From the NCBI GenBank assembly GCA_964508715.1, contig CAZDUX010000011.1, forward strand, positions 1 to 64,000: a stretch of 64,000 nucleotides of DNA, given 5' to 3'. Within the stretch, counting starts at the first letter, position 1, and every line of letters begins with the position of its first letter. Positions 20,398-28,892 of this stretch are shown one piece after another. The stretch is from an uncultured Anaerolineaceae bacterium. Its GTDB lineage: Bacteria; Chloroflexota; Dehalococcoidia; Tepidiformales; Tepidiformaceae. Under the pieces are notes generated by a model. It saw only the letters and a program-made list of their open reading frames with translations, searched no databases and had not been told where the DNA came from. The translations under genes and the position numbers were made by a program.

Positions 20398-20973
20398 TTA
20401 GCGGGCTGGCTCACGCGCGGCAAGTGCTGCCTCGACAAGAAGATCGAGCCCAAATTCAAACCCGGCCCGGTGGTTGGGATTGCTGTGGAACTGCCCGGCG
20501 AGGCGAAGGACGGTGTAGCCGTGGACCATCGCCCAGAGTGCTTCGGCAAGCCATGGGCCGCGTTCGGGGCCGGCCATCTCGGAGGCCAGGGCAATGACGG
20601 GATCCGCCGAGGCAAGGTTGACGTGGAGGTTCGCCGAATCGGTCGCGCAGGGCCCGAACATGAGGGCAAAGAGCTGCGGATTGGCCTCGGCGAAGGAGAT
20701 ATAGGCCCGGGCCATAGCGTGGACACGGTCGCGCACAGTGCCGGGACAAGAGAAGGAGCGCTGCATGGCGGCGCCGAAATCGGCGAAACCGGCTGCGATG
20801 AGGTGTTCGATGATCGCCTCGCGGCTCTCGACGTGGAAATAGAGGGAGGGTGCGGCGACATGGAGTTCGCGGGCGAGGGTGCGCATACCGATCGCATCGG
20901 GTCCGCCGGATTCGAGGAGGCGGCGGGCGGCGGTGAGGATATTGCCGGTGGTGATACGTCGGGGGTGGGGCAT
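20398..20973 (-). CDS. TetR family transcriptional regulator
   Basis: N-terminal HTH (GNILTAARRLLESGGPDAIGMRTLARELHVAAPSLYFHV); start refined to MPHPRR. Confidence 0.85.
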   Translation of the reverse strand: MPHPRRITTGNILTAARRLLESGGPDAIGMRTLARELHVAAPSLYFHVESREAIIEHLIAAGFADFGAAMQRSFSCPGTVRDRVHAMARAYISFAEANPQLFALMFGPCATDSANLHVNLASADPVIALASEMAGPERGPWLAEALWAMVHGYTVLRLAGQFHSNPNHRAGFEFGLDLLVEAALAAREPAR

Positions 20974-20994
20974 ACCTAACAATATAAGGCTTGA

Positions 20995-21004
20995 CCGGTA
21001 CCGG
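20995..21004. promoter_or_regulatory. perfect 10-bp palindrome CCGGTACCGG in TetR/Ddn divergent intergenic region (candidate TetR operator)
   Basis: Seen in sequence between TetR start (20973) and divergent Ddn-like gene; extended dyad TGACCGGTACCGGGG. Confidence 0.35.
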
Positions 21005-21096
21005 GGCCATTTCATATAGTGTTGGGCATCAAGTCTAACGTCGTTCGACTCGACAACGGCGTACTCTCGAGGCAGAGCTCTGGAGGACCGGCAGCC

Positions 21097-21540
21097 ATGA
21101 CCGTGAGCTATTACAGCAAGCCCAACTGGGCGATGAAGCACGTATTGAACCCCGCAATCGAGCTGGTGACGAAGTCGGGATTGAGCCTCCGCGGCTCACG
21201 CGTGCTGGCGGTGCAGGGCCGCAAGAGCGGGAAGTGGTACACCACACCCGTGAACCTGCTGGAGTTCGAAGGCGGGCGTTACCTGGTGGCGCCGCGGGGC
21301 GAGACCGGCTGGGTGAAGAACATCCGCTCGAGCAAGACAGGCATCGTTCGGCTGGGACGGAAGAGCGAGCCCATCGCGGTCGAGGAGGTGGCCGACGACC
21401 AGAAGCTGCCGGTCCTGCGCGAGTACCTGAGGCGCTGGTCTGCAGAGACCGCGGGCATGTTCGGCCTGTCGAAGAAGCCATCGGACGAGCAGATCGCGGC
21501 GATTGTGAGCCGCCACCCGGTGTTCCGAATCGTAGGGTAG
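21097..21540 (+). CDS. deazaflavin(F420)-dependent nitroreductase family protein (Ddn/DUF385-like)
   Basis: PNWAMKHVLNPAIELVTKSG...VLAVQGRKSGKWYTTPVNLLEFEGGRYLVAPRGE.WVKN, hallmark of Ddn/PNPOx-like split-barrel family; divergent from TetR. Confidence 0.75.
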   Translation: MTVSYYSKPNWAMKHVLNPAIELVTKSGLSLRGSRVLAVQGRKSGKWYTTPVNLLEFEGGRYLVAPRGETGWVKNIRSSKTGIVRLGRKSEPIAVEEVADDQKLPVLREYLRRWSAETAGMFGLSKKPSDEQIAAIVSRHPVFRIVG

Positions 21541-21561
21541 GACACCGGGAACTCCTGGAGG

Positions 21562-23595
21562 TTGCCTGGCGTCTGGGGATGTAGACGGGGCGATTCCCGC
21601 ACGGATGACGAGATGGGCGATATCGATGCAGGCATGACGCTGCAGAACGCTGCCGGACGGCTGAGCGAGCCTGAGCAGCGATTATATGCGCTCGCGAAGC
21701 AGCCGATCCCGCTGGCGGAGGTCGCCGTGCGACTGGGCGTGAGTATCGCCGAGGCTGACCGGAGGGTTGGCTTGCTGTGCGCGACGCTCGGGTTCGCGGA
21801 CAGGGCGGCGTTGCAGTTGGGCGCCGTGGCGGCACCCCCGGAAGCGGAGAGCGATGGCGGAGCGGACGTTCCTGAGCGAGTGGCGCGGACGTTCTCGCGG
21901 CGGGCGGTGCTGGTTGCCGCTGGCGCCGGCCTGGCAGCCGTGGCAGCCGGTGGAACCTGGGCCGCATCGTGGCGGGGCACATCGAAGCGGCCAACGGTGG
22001 CAGACGTAACGCCAACGGCCCTTCCAACCGCCGTAGATGAGGGGCGAATCGAGCGGGACGACAGCTGGGAGCGGCGGGACTTCCCGGGGCTATCACCGCT
22101 GCGGTGGCCGGCCGCAGTGTACTTCGTGAAGGTGACCGACGGGTCAGTCGAGGGGTACCAAACCACCCTGGCCGACGCGCCCGCGGTGTTCGCCAATGGA
22201 GAGGTGCTGGCCGCAGGTATCCCCGGGGCAGCGGTTTGCAAGGCCTACCATCGAACGCTGGCGCAGGGATATCGCTGGGCGGGACAGTCGCGCAGCCTGG
22301 TGGCGGCAACCGTGGACTGGATGCTGTTTGAAGAGCTCGGGCCACGGGGCGGAGGCCCGGGCGAGCCAACCGGGAAGTTCCGGATGGTCGGCTACAACCT
22401 GCAGGAGTTGCTGCGATTCGAGACGCCGGGAGGGACGCAATTCCAGCAGCGGGTGCTCGTTTCGCCGGATGGGACGCGGGCCGCGATCTGGAGCCGGACG
22501 AGCACAGAGGCGAGCCTGCTTCGGGTGAACCTCGAGAGCGGGGCCATCGAGACACGGTTCGATCTCGAGCTCCAGCCCCCGCTGCAAGTGTCCTCGACAA
22601 CACCGGTGCAGATCCCGGGGACGAATGACCTGATGTTCGAGATCAACCTGTACGGGGGCCCCAATGCACAGCCGCCGCGGCAGGTCCGGGCGAGGTGGGA
22701 TGGCGACTGGAGCGAGTTGTACGCGTTGCCGGGCGAGCGCATCCACTCGTGGTCGCCTGGCGGGAGGATGAGCCTGGCCGAGGTTGCGCTGCGTGGTTTC
22801 ACCGGTGGTGGGGGCGAAGGCGGGGGTGAAAACTGGCCGGCGACCATCGTCCGAAACAGCGAAGGCCAGATGAGGACGCGCGTACTTTCCGCGGCGCTGT
22901 ATTACGGTGATGGCGTTACGGGCCGCTGGCTTGCTGATGGGTCGGGGTTCGTGGCGCTAGTCGACAATGGGCGGACCGAGGGGCCCGGGTGGGATCGCAT
23001 CGGGTACGCGATATTCAGTCCCAATGGCATCCTCCAGGAACGGTTGCCGCTGCCCGAGTACGATAAGTCGCACCAGACGTGGTGGCGGTCACTGTTCTAC
23101 ATGGGGGCGACGCCGCACCCGACGGACCCGAACCTGCTGGCATTCGGGCGGACGGCGGTCTATAACCGGGCGACGAAGCAGTGGATGCATGTGGACTTCG
23201 ATGACCCCGCGGGGCCAGCACACCTCAATCCCTGGTCGGGGAGGGCGAACGAGATTGTGCTCTCCGTACCACATCTCGGGCACGGCGGGGGAGGAATTCC
23301 GGCGCTGCTGCCGCCAAGGGCGTGGCCGGTCGGTGTCCCCGGCTTCCGTGTCGAAGGGACGGGCGACTGCGTAAACATGCGCGAGTCTCCGTCGTTGCAG
23401 GCGAAGGCGATCACCTGCCTCGTAGATGGCACGTATACTGAGGTCACCACGCCGCCGGGTCCGTCCAGCAACATCTCGTTCATCCGCAACGAAGAGGGCG
23501 CGTGGGCGTACGTGACGACCGGGAGGTTGTCGGGCTGGGTGTCGTCGGCGTACCTGCGGTGGGACGTGCCAGGGCCGGATGACATCGCGCTGTGA
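21562..23595 (+). CDS. membrane-anchored protein: N-terminal sigma-70 region-4/LuxR-like HTH, one TM helix, large extracytoplasmic domain, C-terminal SH3b domain
   Basis: HTH-like LSEPEQRLYALAKQPIPLAEVAVRLGVSIAEADRRVGLL; TM RRAVLVAAGAGLAAVAAGGTWAASW; C-terminal SH3_3-like GDCVNMRESPSLQAKAITCLVDGTYTEV..GWVSSAYL; start uncertain. Confidence 0.55.
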   Translation: MPGVWGCRRGDSRTDDEMGDIDAGMTLQNAAGRLSEPEQRLYALAKQPIPLAEVAVRLGVSIAEADRRVGLLCATLGFADRAALQLGAVAAPPEAESDGGADVPERVARTFSRRAVLVAAGAGLAAVAAGGTWAASWRGTSKRPTVADVTPTALPTAVDEGRIERDDSWERRDFPGLSPLRWPAAVYFVKVTDGSVEGYQTTLADAPAVFANGEVLAAGIPGAAVCKAYHRTLAQGYRWAGQSRSLVAATVDWMLFEELGPRGGGPGEPTGKFRMVGYNLQELLRFETPGGTQFQQRVLVSPDGTRAAIWSRTSTEASLLRVNLESGAIETRFDLELQPPLQVSSTTPVQIPGTNDLMFEINLYGGPNAQPPRQVRARWDGDWSELYALPGERIHSWSPGGRMSLAEVALRGFTGGGGEGGGENWPATIVRNSEGQMRTRVLSAALYYGDGVTGRWLADGSGFVALVDNGRTEGPGWDRIGYAIFSPNGILQERLPLPEYDKSHQTWWRSLFYMGATPHPTDPNLLAFGRTAVYNRATKQWMHVDFDDPAGPAHLNPWSGRANEIVLSVPHLGHGGGGIPALLPPRAWPVGVPGFRVEGTGDCVNMRESPSLQAKAITCLVDGTYTEVTTPPGPSSNISFIRNEEGAWAYVTTGRLSGWVSSAYLRWDVPGPDDIAL

Positions 23596-23722
23596 GGCAA
23601 CGACTGAGTGACGGACTTCACGGTCCCGGCCGCACCCATGCCGCCAGTGTGAAGCGAATGACAGAATTCTCTTAGCCCCGAGCGAGACACTCGTTCCCAG
23701 CGAAATTGCTGGGAGAGAAACC

Positions 23723-24205
23723 ATGGTGTTCACCTGGGACTGGTATCGGGCGCTGCTGTTCGTGCACGTGGCGTCGGTCGTTGTCGCACTGGGCGCGACA
23801 TTCGCGCTGCCGCTGTTACAGCCGATGGGTGCGCGCGGGGGCGTGCGCACGCTGCGGTTCGTCCTCGAGTTCACGCACAGGCTGGAAACGCGGATCGTCG
23901 GGCCGGGGTCAGGAATCGCCTTCCTATCGGGGCTGGCGCTCATCTTCAACGACCGCACGGGGTACAGTGATGACATGCCGCTCTGGCTGACCGTCGCGGT
24001 CGCGTGGTTCCTGGTCGCCGCGGTGGTGGCGAACGTGTTCCAGGCGCCAAACCTGAAGAAGGCGATCATGCTGCTCGATGCGGTACCGGACGAAGGCCCA
24101 ATGCCACGGGGACTCGGCCCACTGGCCAGCCGGATGCGGATCACCGGGCAGATGCTGAGCGTCTCGACCATCGGGGTACTGCTCCTGATGGTCTGGAAGC
24201 CCTGA
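23723..24205 (+). CDS. integral membrane protein (DUF2269-like, 4 TM)
   Basis: 160 aa with 4 predicted TM helices; RBS-proximal hairpin upstream. Confidence 0.55.
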   Translation: MVFTWDWYRALLFVHVASVVVALGATFALPLLQPMGARGGVRTLRFVLEFTHRLETRIVGPGSGIAFLSGLALIFNDRTGYSDDMPLWLTVAVAWFLVAAVVANVFQAPNLKKAIMLLDAVPDEGPMPRGLGPLASRMRITGQMLSVSTIGVLLLMVWKP

Positions 24206-24219
24206 AGGAAGTTGCGAGT

Positions 24220-24246
24220 GCGGCGCCCGGTTGATGCCGGCGCCGC
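24220..24246. terminator. GC-rich hairpin (8-bp stem GCGGCGCC/GGCGCCGC, 10-nt loop) between convergent genes; candidate bidirectional terminator
   Basis: Lies between stop of DUF2269 gene (24205, +) and C-terminal end of flotillin gene (24262, -); followed by T-rich TTCGCGATT. Confidence 0.3.
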
Positions 24247-24261
24247 TTCGCGATTGAGTGA

Positions 24262-24603
24262 CTACGACGGGTTCGGGGCGTTGCCGTTACCGTTCGGTGA
24301 TGCAGGTGCCGAGCCGTTACGGTTCTGCTGGAGGAGTTGGGCGACGAATGCGGTGAAGACGTTGCCGCCGCCGTCGCCATCCCCGCTGACGAGTATATCG
24401 GGGGTGATCTTGAGCGAGGCGCCGGAGACGGACTTCATGACCTCGATTGCGGCGAGGTTGCCCTGTCCGACGGCCGCGACCTGCTTCTCGTAGGCTTCGG
24501 CGGTGGCGTTGCCCACGGCAAGGATGCGCGCACCCTCGGCTGTGCCCTCGACTTCGACAGCGCGGGCGCGGCCCTCGGCTTCGATGATGGTCTTCTGCCT
24601 GGT
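24262..24603 (-). CDS. in-frame continuation of flotillin gene after TAA (flotillin C-terminal domain)
   Basis: Same frame as 24604..26298, separated only by TAA at 24604..24606; translation ...AEAYEKQVAAVGQGNLAAIEVMK...ITPDILVSGDGDGGG matches flotillin C-terminal conserved region. Confidence 0.55.
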   Translation of the reverse strand, partial: TRQKTIIEAEGRARAVEVEGTAEGARILAVGNATAEAYEKQVAAVGQGNLAAIEVMKSVSGASLKITPDILVSGDGDGGGNVFTAFVAQLLQQNRNGSAPASPNGNGNAPNPS

Positions 24604-26298
24604 TTACTCGGCCACCTGGACACCGATCTGGGCGGTTACGAGGTTGATCTGCTGGTTCGCCTGGGCGCGGGTGTTCTCGGTGGCGATGCGCTCCTTTTCG
24701 GCCTTCTGCTGTTCGACGAACATCGCCTGCTGCTGGGCGGCGATGACGCGGCCCTGCTGAATCTCCATGAGTTCGGGCGGGAGGATGATCTGGCTGATGA
24801 GGACGGAGACGCACTCGCAGTGGTACTTCTCGAGTTCTTCGCGGGCGCGGGCCTGCGCTTTGAGCTGTTCCTCGGCGCGGTCCTGCATGAACGCCATCGC
24901 CTCGGATGACGATGCCTGGTTGCGGAAGGAGGAGTCGATCATCGGGTGGATGACATGATCGATGAGGTTCTCGACGGAGCCGATCTTGGCGACCATGAGC
25001 GGCGCCTGGTCGGGGCGGACGCGGATAACGACCTTGACGCTGACGCGCATCTCGAAGCCATCGCGGCTGGTGACGGCAAGCGGGTTGAAAAGTTGCATGC
25101 TCCGTGGCTGGGATGCGACGTCGGGGCCATCATCGGGGACGTTGATAACGCCCTCGTTGGCCCAGTCGATGGTGAGGTTGGTGGTGGGGACGATGTAGGC
25201 GATGTAGGCCCAGCGGTTAAGGTAGTAGACACCCGGGCCAGCGACCTCGGCGAGGATGCCCCGATAGCCGTCGGGGACGACATACCGCTCGAGGCCTTCC
25301 TTGAGGTGGTATTCGTCGGACATCGGCGGCGGTTCCTTGCCAACGTTTGAGACGAGGACGGCAACCTCTCCTCTCTGGATGACGGCGACCTCGTCGAGCT
25401 TCACATCGAAGAGGAGCGGGTTGATGTAGTACGTACCGGGGCGGAGGAGGTCGTACTGTGGGCCACGCTGGCCACCGTTGCGGAGAAACGCCTCGCTGTC
25501 CTGGAAGTCGCTGTGGCCTTCGACATGGATGGCGACGAGTTCACCTTCGGGGAGGGGTTCGCCATCCTTTGCCGTAACCAGTCCGATCTGGTTGGCGGAC
25601 ACGACCGTGGCGCCGCGAGTCTCGACGGCGAACATGTCGGTGTTGATGCGATAGCGGCCGGGGAGGAGGACTTCAATCTGGGGCCCGCGCTGGCCACCAA
25701 GTTCAAGGAACGCCTGCCCGTCCTGGAAGGCGGTGTGGCCTTCGACCCTGCTTGCGAGAAGGCGGCCGGGCGACATGGGGTCGCCATCGCGCGCACTGAC
25801 GACGCCGACCTGGCCGGGTGGGATGGTGATGGCGGGTTCGAGCCGGATGCGGAACAGGTATGTGTTGATGCGGTACTTGCCGGGGGCAAGGATATCGACC
25901 TGCGGTCCCTTCTGACCGCCGTTGCGGAGAAATGCCTCGCCGTCCTGGAAGGTGTCGTGGCTATCGACGTGGCGGCCGAAGATGCGGCCGGGGTCGAGTG
26001 CCCGGCCATCGATAGATTCGACGATGCCGACAGACTCATCGTCGACCAGGATCATGGCGTCCTTCGAGACCTTGTAGAGAAACGGAGGCAGGAAGTGGAG
26101 GCCGGGAGGGAGGACACGAGCCTGGATACCGATCTCGCCTTGCATGGCGATGACACGGCCCTCGGGCAGCCCTTTGCCGACATAGCGGCGTTCGAGAATG
26201 CCGACCTGTTGGCCGCCAATATTGACGAGCATGCGGCCAGCACTGACCAGGATGAGGAATACTGCCAGGATGACGGCAAGGACGATGAGTGCGGCCAT
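24604..26298 (-). CDS. flotillin-like SPFH/band-7 domain protein, N-terminal TM anchor, three to four internal ~65-aa repeats, ends at in-frame TAA
   Basis: N-terminal TM (AALIVLAVILAVFLILV); repeats with GH..FQDGEAFLRNGGQRGPQ..L.PG.YRIN core; SPFH-like segment (FEMRVSVKVVIRV...); flotillin-type Ala/Glu/Gln-rich coiled coil at C-terminus. Confidence 0.85.
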   Translation of the reverse strand: MAALIVLAVILAVFLILVSAGRMLVNIGGQQVGILERRYVGKGLPEGRVIAMQGEIGIQARVLPPGLHFLPPFLYKVSKDAMILVDDESVGIVESIDGRALDPGRIFGRHVDSHDTFQDGEAFLRNGGQKGPQVDILAPGKYRINTYLFRIRLEPAITIPPGQVGVVSARDGDPMSPGRLLASRVEGHTAFQDGQAFLELGGQRGPQIEVLLPGRYRINTDMFAVETRGATVVSANQIGLVTAKDGEPLPEGELVAIHVEGHSDFQDSEAFLRNGGQRGPQYDLLRPGTYYINPLLFDVKLDEVAVIQRGEVAVLVSNVGKEPPPMSDEYHLKEGLERYVVPDGYRGILAEVAGPGVYYLNRWAYIAYIVPTTNLTIDWANEGVINVPDDGPDVASQPRSMQLFNPLAVTSRDGFEMRVSVKVVIRVRPDQAPLMVAKIGSVENLIDHVIHPMIDSSFRNQASSSEAMAFMQDRAEEQLKAQARAREELEKYHCECVSVLISQIILPPELMEIQQGRVIAAQQQAMFVEQQKAEKERIATENTRAQANQQINLVTAQIGVQVAE

Positions 26299-26532
26299 TG
26301 GGGAGTCTCTTTCATTCTTTCTGGGCTATAGAACCGCCCGCTAAGCCCGGTGGACGCCCTGAGCAGCTTTGCGTCCTCCAACCGATCGGCCTCAATCTAC
26401 GCCGGCGCGTGGGCGGGATCCATATGGGAAATCCTGATTTGCGCGTGGCTCGTGAGGCTGCGCCACAACCCGGGTAACGGCCCCGGTACCACTGCTGCGT
26501 GCATGCCTGCGGCAACGCACCCGGCGGGAAGC

Positions 26533-27006
26533 TCACTTCTGTTCGCGGGATATGGTTTTCTTCTCGGGATGATGGACGAGCAGGACGGGGCGGTCGGCCG
26601 CACGGACGACTCCCTCGGCGACGCTGCCGAGGATGACGCGGCGCCAGCCACTGCGGCCATGAGTGCCGATAACGATGACCCCGGCATCCCAGGCTCCTGC
26701 CGCATCGACGATGGTCTGGGGGACGGAGCCTCCGAGACACTCTATGGCTTCCGTCTCTGCCTCGATCCCGGCGTCTCGCGCGGTTGTAGCGGCGGCGGCC
26801 AGGACCTGGCGGGCGGCGGCAAGCAGGGGCCGTTCGATGGCGGCTTCGTCGGCGCCTTCACCGGTGAGGGCGGCGGCAGGTACATCGACGATAGCCACAA
26901 CGCGAACGGACGCGCCAGGCACATGGTTTGCGAGCCGGATGGCTTCGGCGAGCGCTGCGTCGGATGTCTCGGAACCGTCAACTGCAACGAGAATGCGCTG
27001 GTACAC
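26533..27006 (-). CDS. universal stress protein (UspA family)
   Basis: ILVAVDGSETSDAAL...VVIGTHGRSGWRRVILGSVAEGVVRAADRPVLLV ATP-binding Usp pattern. Confidence 0.85.
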   Translation of the reverse strand: MYQRILVAVDGSETSDAALAEAIRLANHVPGASVRVVAIVDVPAAALTGEGADEAAIERPLLAAARQVLAAAATTARDAGIEAETEAIECLGGSVPQTIVDAAGAWDAGVIVIGTHGRSGWRRVILGSVAEGVVRAADRPVLLVHHPEKKTISREQK

Positions 27007-27085
27007 AAACCGCCTCCGCTATGGTGGAGCGGGACAGCAGCGATGCTGTGTCTCCTTTCGATGATAGCGGCAGAGGTGGGCCAGT

Positions 27086-27860
27086 AGCCAAAGGGTAGCG
27101 GCGCGGGCGAGGCTGGGCCCTCCATTACCGCATGGCGGCGATACGGAACGGTATACTGGCGGCATGGCCATCCGAACCCCACGACCGAAACGGCAGGAGC
27201 GGCAGGCGGCTTCGCGCTACCACGGTATGCGCATGACCGAGAAGGAATACCTGGCGCTGCCGGAGGAGAAGCCGTATCTCGAGTACGTCGACGGAGTCGT
27301 GCTGCAAAAACCCATGCCAAACATCGAACACACGCTGCTGACAGGCCATCTGATCATTGAACTTGGGCTTTACGCCCGGCGCACAGGAGGGCACGTGGGC
27401 CCCGAGGCGCGAACACGGTTCACAGATGGTGCGAACTACCGGCTTCCAGACGTCTCGTACTGGACTTCGCCGGGCAGGCCAGCGAACGATTCGGTGCCGA
27501 CCCTCGCAATCGAGGTGCGATCACCGGGCCAAACGATGGGGGAGCTCCGCGAGAAGTGCCGGTTTTTCCGGCGAAACGGAGTCGAGGTGGCGTGGCTCGC
27601 TGACCCGGAGTCCCGCACCGTCGAGGTCTTCGAGGAGGGACGAGACGCGGAAGCCCTCGCGGCCCCGGCCATCCTCACCTCTCCCGCACTTCCAGGGTTC
27701 GCGCTCGACCTCGCCGGTCTGTTTGGGGTGCTCGATTCCTGACGGTTCATCGTAGCCGTGACGGTCCGTGATCGGCAGGCGCGTCATGCGGCGGCCCGGT
27801 CAGTGGTCCACACGGTGAGCGCTCACTCCTGAGAGGCGGGCAGGGTTCCGGTGGGCCGGT
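27086..27860. repeat. tandem direct repeat, copy 1 (about 775 bp, carries Uma2 gene with its upstream region)
   Basis: Near-identical to 27861..28635; period 775 bp from ORF offsets (27164 vs 27939; 27742 vs 28517). Confidence 0.85.
27164..27742 (+). CDS. Uma2 family endonuclease (DUF820, restriction-endonuclease-like fold), copy 1
   Basis: 192 aa; PD-(D/E)xK-like region NYRLPDVSYWTSP...PTLAIEVRSP characteristic of Uma2/DUF820. Confidence 0.8.
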   Translation: MAIRTPRPKRQERQAASRYHGMRMTEKEYLALPEEKPYLEYVDGVVLQKPMPNIEHTLLTGHLIIELGLYARRTGGHVGPEARTRFTDGANYRLPDVSYWTSPGRPANDSVPTLAIEVRSPGQTMGELREKCRFFRRNGVEVAWLADPESRTVEVFEEGRDAEALAAPAILTSPALPGFALDLAGLFGVLDS

Positions 27861-28635
27861 AGCCAAAGGGTAGCGGTGTGGACGAGGCTGGGTGCTTCAT
27901 TATCGCATGGCGGCGATACGGAACGGTATACTGGCGGCATGGCCATCCGAACCCCACGACCGAAACGGCAGGAGCGGCAGGCGGCTTCGCGCTACCACGG
28001 TATGCGCATGACCGAGAAGGAATACCTGGCGCTGCCGGAGGAGAAGCCGTATCTCGAGTACGTCGACGGAGTCGTGCTGCAAAAACCCATGCCAAACATC
28101 GAACACACGCTGCTGACAGGCCATCTGATCATTGAACTTGGGCTTTACGCCCGGCGCACAGGAGGGCACGTGGGCCCCGAGGCGCGAACACGGTTCACAG
28201 ATGGTGCGAACTACCGGCTTCCAGACGTCTCGTACTGGACTTCGCCGGGCAGGCCAGCGAACGATTCGGTGCCGACCCTCGCAATCGAGGTGCGATCACC
28301 GGGCCAAACGATGGGGGAGCTCCGCGAGAAGTGCCGGTTTTTCCGGCGAAACGGAGTCGAGGTGGCGTGGCTCGCTGACCCGGAGTCTCGCACCGTCGAG
28401 GTCTTCGAGGAGGAACGAGACGCGGAAGCCCTCACGGCCCCGGCCGTCCTCACATCTCCCGCGCTTCCAGGGTTCGCGCTCGACCTCGCCGGCCTGTTTG
28501 GGGTGCTCGATTCCTGACGGTTCCTCGTCGCAGGAAGGTTCCGTGATCGGCAGGCACGTAACGGGGCGGCCCGGTCACCAGTACACGAGCGTGCATGGCC
28601 TGTGGCAAGCGCGATGCCGGCCATGATGCTGGCCG
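27861..28635. repeat. tandem direct repeat, copy 2
   Basis: About 98% identical to copy 1 through the coding part; 3' ends diverge. Confidence 0.85.
27939..28517 (+). CDS. Uma2 family endonuclease, copy 2 (4 aa substitutions relative to copy 1)
   Basis: Start refined to MAIRTPRP within 213-aa ORF; differs at EEGRD>EEERD, LAAPAI>LTAPAV. Confidence 0.8.
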   Translation: MAIRTPRPKRQERQAASRYHGMRMTEKEYLALPEEKPYLEYVDGVVLQKPMPNIEHTLLTGHLIIELGLYARRTGGHVGPEARTRFTDGANYRLPDVSYWTSPGRPANDSVPTLAIEVRSPGQTMGELREKCRFFRRNGVEVAWLADPESRTVEVFEEERDAEALTAPAVLTSPALPGFALDLAGLFGVLDS

Positions 28636-28892
28636 AGGGCACGAAGAAGGTGGGGGCGTTGTTGGAGCCTTCCGTGGCTCTCACCGGGTTGCATCCGGCC
28701 CGCCCACGCCGTGTTTACCAGCAGGGCAAGCATTTGTGCCTGGCGCCCCGGGAGACGGCGGGACTGCCCTTCCCGTGATTTGGTTGTTGGCCGGCGTTTC
28801 GCGATACTGGACGTTCGGGCCCGTTCGCGGGTCCGCGTGGAGGCATGCCCACGGGGCAGGCCGTTCGCACACACCACCCCAGGAGAGCCATC

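Noticed and set aside
23690-23722. Hairpin CCCAGC-GAAATT-GCTGGG immediately upstream of the DUF2269 gene start, as a regulatory element
   Set aside because: It is a short stem with no conserved motif recognised and does not clearly occlude an SD. Noted only as a possible translational attenuator.
27086-28635. Tandem 775-bp repeat as an IS element or CRISPR-like array
   Set aside because: There is no transposase, no terminal inverted repeats, and only two long copies encoding a complete Uma2 gene. This is consistent with a segmental tandem duplication, not a mobile element or CRISPR. No short regularly spaced repeats were seen anywhere in the window.
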